From an uncultured bacterium (GTDB taxonomy: Bacteria > Planctomycetota > SZUA-567 > JAKLDR01): 64,000 nt of DNA. Shown here piece by piece: positions 56,695 to 64,000 of this stretch. The translations under genes were made by a program, and so were the position numbers. The stretch's first letter is position 1; each line of letters starts with the position of its first letter. Where the stretch lies: NCBI GenBank assembly GCA_937935355.1, contig CALGYR010000100.1, positions 3,566 through 67,565 on the forward strand, written 5' to 3'. The notes under the pieces were generated by a model. It was not told the origin of the DNA, made no database searches, and worked only from the letters and a program-made list of their open reading frames with translations.

Positions 56695-58908
56695 ATGCAG
56701 TCATTCTTCACAAACCCGTGGATGCTGGCCGCGGCCGCGGCGGTGGCGCTCCCCATCATCATCGAGTGGCTCTTCCGCCGGCGCAAGCGCCAGGTTGAGC
56801 TGCCCACCATCCGCTTCCTGCTGCGCAACAAGGAACAGGAGAAGATCAAGCGGCAGGACCGCATCCTGCTGATCCTGCGCATGGTCGGTATCGGCCTGCT
56901 GGTCCTGGCCGTGTCCCGGCCCATCATCCGGCAGGGCTTGATGGGCGGCGCCCGGCAGCGGCACGTGGTCGTGCTGCTCGACGGCACGGCCAGCACCAGC
57001 CAGCAGGTCGGCGTGACCAGCGCCTTCGGGCTCGCCCAGAAGAAGGCCTCGGCCATGATCCGCGAGCTGCCCGACGGCACGGCCGTCAGCGTGGCGCTCC
57101 TGGGCCACCGGGCCTCGACGGTCTTCGAGGAGGAGAAGGACCTGCACACCGCCGCCGGGCGGGTGGAGGCGCTCCGCGCCGGCTCGGGCGCCGCGCCGAT
57201 CACCGACTTGCTCGCCTGGGCCGACGAGTTGCTGGGCCGCTCGCAGGCCGGCCGGCCGGAGGTCTACGTTTTCTCCGACTTCCAGAAGCACACCTGGACG
57301 CGGGAGGGCCGGCTGACCGCCGATGCCTCGCGGGCGCTCGCGGCGCTCGGCGCCCGGGCCGAGTGCTTCCTGGTGGATACCGGCGGCGAGCCCCAGTTCA
57401 ACTACATGCTCACCGAACTGCGCCCGGCTGACTGGCTGATGTCCGTGGGCCTGCCGGTGCGCTTCCGCGTGCAGGTCGAGCTCTGGGGCAAGCCGCCGGA
57501 GGGCCGCGCGGCCACGGTGACCTTCATGGTCGACGGGGCCAAGAAGGACGTGCGCGACGTGCGGGTCGGCGACGGGCCGGCGGTCCTGGAGTTCGACCAC
57601 CGCTTCGCCGAGCCCGGCGAGCACCTGGTCGAGGCCGTCCTCGAGGGCGACGAGCACCGCGTGGACAACCGGCGCCTGTACATCTGTTCGGTGCCGGAGA
57701 GCGTCAAGGTCCTGGTGCTCGACGACAGCGTCTCGGCCGAGGCCGCCGCCGGGCCGGCCGAGGGGGGCGCCGCGGCGGCCCCCGCTGCGGGTCGGCCGGC
57801 CGAGCGGCTCGACTTCCGGAGTTCCTACCTGACCCGGGCCGTCGCGCCGCCGAGCCATCCGGGGGCCGAGCGGGTCTCGCGCTTCTCGGCGCGGGCCGTC
57901 AACTTCTCGCAGATCGACTACGAGAACCTCGAGAACTACGCCGCGGTGGTGCTCACCGACACCGGGGACCTGGCCGAGGCCACCGCCGTGAAGCTCGAGA
58001 ACTACGTCTCCGACGGCGGCGCGCTCTGGGTCTTCCTCGGGCCTCAAGTCAATGTCTATCAATACAACAAGCTGCTCTTCAAGGACGGCGCCGGCGTGCT
58101 GCCCTGCCGGCTCAAGGCGCCCGCGGCGCCCGAGGCCGGCAAGGAGTCGCCCTACATCCGCTTCGGGGAGTCGACCCACCCGGCGCTGGCCCAGCTCGCC
58201 GGCGGCGGCAACTCCGACGCGAAGTTCCTGCGCTACATGGACCTGGAGGTCAAGCCGGAGACCAAGGTGGTGCTGGCGCTCTCCAACGGGGTTCCGGCCA
58301 TGCTCGAGAAGAGCTTCGGCCGGGGACGGGTGCTGCTGGTCAACTCCACGGCGGGCGTGGACTGGTCCCTGCTGCCGGCCACCATCGAGTTCCCCATCCT
58401 GATGCAGGAGATGATGCGCTACCTGGTGGGCAACCCCGACGCGGCGGTGAACCTCAACGTCGGCGACCGCTTCGAGGAGCCGGTCTACGTCTCCTCGCAG
58501 CACCTCCTGCTCCGGATGCCCGACGGCCGCAAGGAGCGGCTCGGGCCCAAGGCGCGCGAGGGCCGGGCCAACGCCTGGGCCGTATCCTTCGACGGCACCA
58601 TGCAGCAGGGCCGCTACGAGTTCGTGGACGTCTCGCCGGAGTCCCTGCCCCGGCTGCGCTTCGCCGTCAACCAGAAGCCCGAGGAGGGCGACCTGGGCCG
58701 CTTCACCCGCGACGAGTTCGCCGAGGCCTTCGGCCGCGGCGGCGCGCGCTGGATCGGCCAGGAGACGCCGGTCGAGGATTTCGTCGCCAAACTGCACTCC
58801 GTGACCGAACTGGCCCCGGGCGTGCTCTGGATGCTGGTCCTGGTGCTGGCCGTCGAGTCGTACCTGGCGGCGCGCTTCGGCCGCCGGCGCGGAGGGTCCA
58901 CCACGTGA
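56695..58908 (+). CDS. BatA-like membrane protein with vWFA domain
   Basis: BatA_N signature 'FTNPWMLAAAAAVALPIIIEWLFRRRKRQ', then vWA-like 'VVVLLDGTASTS'. Confidence 0.75.
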   Translation: MQSFFTNPWMLAAAAAVALPIIIEWLFRRRKRQVELPTIRFLLRNKEQEKIKRQDRILLILRMVGIGLLVLAVSRPIIRQGLMGGARQRHVVVLLDGTASTSQQVGVTSAFGLAQKKASAMIRELPDGTAVSVALLGHRASTVFEEEKDLHTAAGRVEALRAGSGAAPITDLLAWADELLGRSQAGRPEVYVFSDFQKHTWTREGRLTADASRALAALGARAECFLVDTGGEPQFNYMLTELRPADWLMSVGLPVRFRVQVELWGKPPEGRAATVTFMVDGAKKDVRDVRVGDGPAVLEFDHRFAEPGEHLVEAVLEGDEHRVDNRRLYICSVPESVKVLVLDDSVSAEAAAGPAEGGAAAAPAAGRPAERLDFRSSYLTRAVAPPSHPGAERVSRFSARAVNFSQIDYENLENYAAVVLTDTGDLAEATAVKLENYVSDGGALWVFLGPQVNVYQYNKLLFKDGAGVLPCRLKAPAAPEAGKESPYIRFGESTHPALAQLAGGGNSDAKFLRYMDLEVKPETKVVLALSNGVPAMLEKSFGRGRVLLVNSTAGVDWSLLPATIEFPILMQEMMRYLVGNPDAAVNLNVGDRFEEPVYVSSQHLLLRMPDGRKERLGPKAREGRANAWAVSFDGTMQQGRYEFVDVSPESLPRLRFAVNQKPEEGDLGRFTRDEFAEAFGRGGARWIGQETPVEDFVAKLHSVTELAPGVLWMLVLVLAVESYLAARFGRRRGGSTT

Positions 58909-61241
58909 GACCGACGCTGCTGGCCGGCCAGGGCATGGCCATCTTCCTGCTGGTCGTGGCCGCGGCCCTGGGCTTCTTCTACGTCTACATCTACCGCCGG
59001 GAGGCCCGGCAGGCCCGGCGGCTCACCGGAAGACAGCGCGGCACCCTGCGGCTGCTGCGCATCGTCGTCGGGGCGCTGGCCGTTCTGGCCCTGGCGCGCC
59101 CGGCGGTGACCGTGGTCAAGCACGAGACCCGGCTGCCGGTGCTGCCCATACTGCTCGACGAGTCCACCAGCATGGCCTTCCCGGACGCCCGGGACAACCC
59201 GCTGGTCCAGGCCGGCTCCCCCGACAAACGCCGCCGCTACGACACCGCCAAGACGGTGGTCGAGACGCTCGAGAAGAAGCTGACCCTGACCCACCGGGTC
59301 AAGCTCTTCACCTTCTCGGACTCGGGCAAGCTGCTCAAGGAGCTGCCCGTCCGCAAGGACGAGGCCGACCCGCTGCCCGGCCGCGACGAGCTCTTCGCGG
59401 GGGCGCCGGACCCGACCGGGGACTACACCAACGTCGGCGACGGCCTGCGCGACGTGCTGCGCGAGCTCTCCGGCGACCGGGTCTCCGGCGTGGTGCTGCT
59501 CTCCGACGGCCGCCAGACCGGCGGCGCGGCGCTGCGCGACGCCGGCGCCCAGGCGGCCGACGCCAGGGTCCCGGTCCACGCCCTGGCCCTGGGCTCGGAG
59601 TTCCCGCTGCGCGACCTGCGCATCGACGAGGTCATCGTCGACCCGGAGGCCAGCCTCGGCGACGTGCTCCGCTTCCGGCTGAAGGTCACCAACCAGATCC
59701 GCGCGCCGCTCGCGGCCAAGCTGACCCTCTACGAGGAGGGCCAGAAGGTCAACGAGAAGGAGCTCAACCTCAACCGCGGCGAGAACATGGTGGAGATCGC
59801 CACCATCCCGGAGACCGAGGGCACCCGGGCCTTCCGGCTGGTCCTGCCGGCCTTCGACGACGAGGTGGACACCGCCAACAACGAGGCCACCGTCCACGTC
59901 AAGGTGGTCAAGCGCACCCTGCGGGTGCTGCTGGTCGCCGGCAACCCCAGCCGGGAGTTCTTCTACCTGGTGCCGGGGCTCTTGCGCGATCCGGTGGTGG
60001 ACCTGTCCTGCTTCCTGCAGTCGGCGGACATCGACTACGTCCAGCAGGGCAACACCAGCATCGAGCGCCTGCCGCGGTCGGTGGAGGAGTGGAAGAAGTA
60101 CGACGTGGTCATGCTCTTCGACGTCGACCCCAACAAGATCACCACCCAGCAGGTCGCCGAAATGGAGACCATGGTCCGCACCGGCGGCGGGCTGATGGTC
60201 ATCGCCGGCCGCAACAACGGCCTGGCCAAACTCATCCAGGTCCACGCCGTGAAGGTCCGCGAGCTGCTCCCGGTGGAGATCGACAAGAACGCGCTGCCGG
60301 ACTACTTCCAGACCTTCGAGACGGCCTTCTCCGCCGAGCGCACCCCCATCGGCCGCAGCCACGCGGTCATGCGCCTGGACCGCGACGACCGGACCAACGA
60401 GGCGGTCTGGGCCACCTTCCCGAAGTTCCACTGGGCTCACCCGGTCCGGGGCGTCAAGCCCAAGTCGGTCGTGCTGCTCCAGCGCGCCGGGGAGGGCTCC
60501 GGCCGCGGCGACTGCCTGATGGCCATCCACCGCTACTACGAGGGCGCGGTCTTCTACTCGGGGATCGACAGCCTCTGGCGCTGGCGCTACCCGAGCGAGA
60601 ACTACGACTACGACCGCTTCTGGACCAACGTGATCCGCTACCTGGGCGAGACGCGCCTCAAAGGCGCGCAGCAGCAGGTGGCGCTCTCCACCGACCGCAA
60701 CAGCTACGCGCCGGGCGAGGAGGTCAAGGTCAAGCTGCGGCTGCTCGACCCGGCGCTGATGAGCCAGCTCGAGGGCCAGCAGCTGGTCGTGGCCGTGACC
60801 AGCTCCGAGGGCGAGCGGCAGATGGTGGCGCTCTCGCCCGACCGGAGCGGCGAGATGCTCTACCTCGGCTCCTACCGGGCGCGCCGGGTCGGCAGCATGG
60901 TGGTCGAGGCCAAACAGGCCGCCCCCGGCGGCAGCACCGAGGCCAAGCCGCTCTTCGACGTCAAGTGCGCCTTCCAGGTCAAGATGCAGTCGCTGGAGAA
61001 CAAGGACACCAGCGGCGATCTGGAGGCCATGAAGAGTCTCGCCGAGCAGACCGGCGGCAGGTACTTCGACTACCGCAACATGGGCGGCCTCGACGAGCTG
61101 GTCGCGGCCATCCCCTCCGACCCGCAGGTGCTCAGCCAGGAAGTCCTGGTCGAGGCCTGGGACGGGACCGCCTTCCTGGCGCTCTTCCTGCTGCTGATCG
61201 GCGCGGAGTGGTCCTTGAGGAAACTGTGGGGGCTGCTGTGA
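58905..61241 (+). CDS. vWFA-domain membrane protein (BatB-like) with C-terminal TM anchor
   Basis: An N-terminal TM, vWA-like 'LPILLDESTSM', and a C-terminal TM 'FLALFLLLIGAEWSL'. A 4 bp overlap with the upstream gene. Confidence 0.65.
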   Translation: MRPTLLAGQGMAIFLLVVAAALGFFYVYIYRREARQARRLTGRQRGTLRLLRIVVGALAVLALARPAVTVVKHETRLPVLPILLDESTSMAFPDARDNPLVQAGSPDKRRRYDTAKTVVETLEKKLTLTHRVKLFTFSDSGKLLKELPVRKDEADPLPGRDELFAGAPDPTGDYTNVGDGLRDVLRELSGDRVSGVVLLSDGRQTGGAALRDAGAQAADARVPVHALALGSEFPLRDLRIDEVIVDPEASLGDVLRFRLKVTNQIRAPLAAKLTLYEEGQKVNEKELNLNRGENMVEIATIPETEGTRAFRLVLPAFDDEVDTANNEATVHVKVVKRTLRVLLVAGNPSREFFYLVPGLLRDPVVDLSCFLQSADIDYVQQGNTSIERLPRSVEEWKKYDVVMLFDVDPNKITTQQVAEMETMVRTGGGLMVIAGRNNGLAKLIQVHAVKVRELLPVEIDKNALPDYFQTFETAFSAERTPIGRSHAVMRLDRDDRTNEAVWATFPKFHWAHPVRGVKPKSVVLLQRAGEGSGRGDCLMAIHRYYEGAVFYSGIDSLWRWRYPSENYDYDRFWTNVIRYLGETRLKGAQQQVALSTDRNSYAPGEEVKVKLRLLDPALMSQLEGQQLVVAVTSSEGERQMVALSPDRSGEMLYLGSYRARRVGSMVVEAKQAAPGGSTEAKPLFDVKCAFQVKMQSLENKDTSGDLEAMKSLAEQTGGRYFDYRNMGGLDELVAAIPSDPQVLSQEVLVEAWDGTAFLALFLLLIGAEWSLRKLWGLL

Positions 61242-62533
61242 TGAGCAGATGGCTGCTGGCCTTCGTGGCCGTCGCCTGCCTGGCCGGGCTGGGGCTCTCC
61301 GCCGCCTCGGGAGAGAGGCCGCCCCGGAAGCCCGCCGCGGAGAAGCCGGAGAAGAAGCCCGAGAAGAACGCCGAGAAGAAGCCCGCCGGCAAGGCCAAGG
61401 ACAAGGCCGGTGAGCAGGCTGGCGAGCAGCCCGGCGCGGAGGACGGGCAGCCCAAGGTCGACGAGGCCCAGCGCCTGCTCGCCGAGCGGGAGAAGAAGCG
61501 CGGCCCGACCTTCCCGGGCAAGGACCCGGCCTTCCTGGTGCTGCCGCGGGCCAGCGAGCGGGGCAACACCGCCCAGACGCTCCTGACCCCCCAGGTCAAA
61601 GAGATGACCGAGAAGTCCCTGGAGTACCTGGTGCGCACCCAGGGGCCGGACGGCGGCTGGGGCGACATGCAGTTCAAGCCCTCCAATACCGGCGTGACCG
61701 CGCTGGCCTGCCTGGCCTTCATGGCCGAGGGCAGCCGCCCGCGGGTCGGCCGCTACGGCAAGCCCCTGGACCGGGGCCTGGAGTTCCTGCTCAAGAACGT
61801 CAAGAAGGGCAGCGGGGTCATCGCCGGGGCGGGCAGCAACGAGCTCGGGCCCATGTACGAGCACGCGCTCTCGACGCTGGCCCTGCTCATGGCCAGCGGG
61901 GACATGCCCTGGAAGCCCGAGCTCCACGAGGTGATCGGCGGGGCGGTCGACGCCATCAAGAAGAGCCAGCACCTCGACGGCGGCTGGCGCTACCAGTTGA
62001 CCAACGTGGGCGACAGCGACATGTCGGTCACCGCCAACGTCCTCTGGGTGCTGCGCACCGCCAAGAAGTGCGGCTTCACCGTGCCGGCCGACGCCGTGGA
62101 CAAGGGCGTCAAGTACATCGAGAAGTGCGCCAACCCCGACGGCACCTTCCGCTACCGCTACTGGGGCCTGCACGCCTCGCCGAGCCTGGGCGGCACCGGG
62201 ATCATCGCCCTGGCCAACCAGGGCAGCCTGGACCACCCGCTGATCCCCCGGGCGCGCGACCGCATCGCCTACGACTACCGGCGCTACACCATCGAGGACC
62301 TCAAGGGCCGGCGCTACTTCGTCTACGGGGCCTTCTACGCGAGCCTGGCCACCTACTCCTGCGGCGACAAGTACCTGGTGCCCTGGTTCCGCAAGACCGT
62401 GGACGTGCTGGCCGTCATGCAGCGCAAGGACGGGGAGTTCTGGGACGAGTTCGACAACACCGTGTACCCCACGGCCATGGCCGCGATAATGCTGCAGGCG
62501 CCGCTGGGCTACCTGCCGATCTACGAGCGCTGA
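61241..62533 (+). CDS. secreted prenyltransferase/squalene-oxidase-repeat (alpha-alpha toroid) protein
   Basis: A signal peptide and a Lys/Pro/Glu-rich linker, then repeats 'QGPDGGWGD' and 'QHLDGGWRY' typical of terpene-cyclase-like repeats. Confidence 0.65.
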   Translation: MSRWLLAFVAVACLAGLGLSAASGERPPRKPAAEKPEKKPEKNAEKKPAGKAKDKAGEQAGEQPGAEDGQPKVDEAQRLLAEREKKRGPTFPGKDPAFLVLPRASERGNTAQTLLTPQVKEMTEKSLEYLVRTQGPDGGWGDMQFKPSNTGVTALACLAFMAEGSRPRVGRYGKPLDRGLEFLLKNVKKGSGVIAGAGSNELGPMYEHALSTLALLMASGDMPWKPELHEVIGGAVDAIKKSQHLDGGWRYQLTNVGDSDMSVTANVLWVLRTAKKCGFTVPADAVDKGVKYIEKCANPDGTFRYRYWGLHASPSLGGTGIIALANQGSLDHPLIPRARDRIAYDYRRYTIEDLKGRRYFVYGAFYASLATYSCGDKYLVPWFRKTVDVLAVMQRKDGEFWDEFDNTVYPTAMAAIMLQAPLGYLPIYER

Positions 62534-62547
62534 GGGCGAGATCGAGA

Positions 62548-64000
62548 GATGGATACCAGAGCCCTGGACCGCCTGTGCGCCGCCTTCCGGCGGAGGATCC
62601 GCTCGCGGCTCGTCCAGGCGGGCCTGTGCCGGCTCGTCATCCTGGCCCTCGCGCTGCTGCCTGCCTTCCTGGTCCTCGACTGGTGGGTGCACCTGGAGAC
62701 CCTCTGGCGCGTCCTGGCCCTGGCCGGGTACCTCGCGGCGCTCGGCTCGGTGGCGTGGTGGACCATGCTCGCGCCCATGTCCCGGCGCTGGAGCAACGAG
62801 GAGGTCCTGGCCTACGTCGACTCGACGCTCCCGGGCGGCCGGGGGATGCTCCTTGAGCTCTACCAGCTGCTGCGGGGCGAGGGCATCCAGGAGATGGAGA
62901 CCGCCCTGGGCCGGGACATGGTCGAGGGCGCGCGTGGGGACCTCGCGCCGCTCGTCGAGGAGGCCGAGCGCTCCGAGACGTTGCACGGCCGGAGGCTCGC
63001 GCGCTGGGCCCTCGTCGCCGGGGTCGTGGCCCTGGTCTTCCTGGGCGCGGCCGTGCCGCTTCGCGAGTATCTGTCCATCGGCTGCGAGCGCTTCTTCAAT
63101 CCCTTCTCGTCGCAGCGCTGGCCGCACCGCACGACCATCGCGCTCGACGAGCCGGCCAACGGCTGGACCATCCCGCAGATGGAGGCCTTCACGGTCCGCG
63201 GCAAGGTCACCGGGCTGATCCCGCCCCAGGTGGTCATGGCCTACCGGGTCGAGAGCACCGGCTACTGGATCAAGGAGCGCGTCGCCGTCCGCGACGACGG
63301 GGCGCTGGCCTACACCTTCCCGCAGGTCCGGGAGCCGGTCGACTTCTACCTGAAGGGCGGGGACTACGCCACCGACGAGCACCGCATCGAGATCGTCGAG
63401 CGGCCCTACTTGAAGAAGGTCGCGGCCCACTACAGCTACCCGGACTACGCCGGCATCCCGGACCGGACCGTGCCCGGCGGACAGCTCGCGGGGCTCGAGG
63501 GCACGAGCGTGCGCCTGTCCTTCGAGAGCTCCATGGCGCTCGAGAAGGCGGTGATGATCCTCGACCTCAAGACCGGCAGGACTTCCGAGACGTTGCCGCT
63601 CAAATCCGAGACCGAGTTCGAGAAGACCCTGGTGCTCTCCGCCGACGGGGGCTACAGCGTGGAGCTCTACGAGAAGCACGGCTTCCGCGAGGCCCGGCCC
63701 GAGCGCTACGAGATCCGGGTCACCCCCGACAACCCGCCGGAGGTCGAGCTGCTCGCCCCAGGGCGCGACCTGGTGGTCATCCGCGAGGCCGCGGTGGACG
63801 TGTCCCTGCGGGCCCGCGACGACTTCGGTCTCAAGAAGGTGGAGTTCCTCTGCCAGGTCGACGACGGCGAGCCGACGGTGCTCAGCGACCGGATCACCGG
63901 CCCGATGGATCCCAAGGGGAAGGCCAAGGAGGCCTTCTTCAAGTGGGACCTGCGCAAGATGAATCTGCCCAAGACGGCGGTGCTCCAGTACTTCGTACGG
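62548..64000 (+). CDS. hypothetical membrane protein, 3'-truncated by the window end
   Basis: Manual translation from the ATG at 62548 gives 484 codons without a stop, with two N-terminal TM helices. The gene is absent from the ORF track because it does not terminate inside the window. Confidence 0.55.

Noticed and set aside
56701-63679. Long minus-strand ORFs (56701-58797, 58614-60530, 61070-63679) opposite the Bat operon
   Set aside because: Antisense to genes with BatA_N, vWA and toroid-repeat signatures. Compositionally biased translations.

Overview
This is a 64 kb window of very high-GC DNA (about 65-70% by eye) that is densely coding on both strands. DUF1559-like, BatA/vWA, FG-GAP and ECF sigma with Kelch proteins suggest a Planctomycetota-like genome.

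From left to right the window holds:
- a hybrid sensor kinase;
- AraC-regulated sugar and URO-D-family modules;
- housekeeping genes (nfi, icd, pnp, rpsO);
- an ECF-sigma/TM/Kelch fusion;
- a copper/silver resistance island (YHS protein, CsoR, CusCBA, CDF, HMBD protein) flanked by predicted CsoR operators.

The most interesting region is a defense island at roughly 39.7-55.2 kb. An RtcR-like activator (CARF domain fused to a sigma-54 AAA+ domain) sits immediately upstream of a near-consensus sigma-54 promoter. That promoter drives a tightly overlapping operon: hsdR, an embedded GIY-YIG nuclease, hsdM, hsdS, and a four-gene ATPase module. A convergent six-gene operon begins with an AAA ATPase and a DUF4276 (Toprim-like) pair.

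The whole window is also peppered with at least 13 copies of unusual intergenic hairpin elements. Their arms are built from tandem 7-11 nt words such as GGTGGAAGG, CACAGAGG, GAGACGCGGAG and AATGTCGAA. Two of these elements intrude into coding sequence: one lies in frame inside cusB and one at the 5' end of the cusC ORF.

No tRNA, rRNA, CRISPR array or transposase/integrase genes were recognised. Many long antisense ORFs in the track are GC-bias artefacts.
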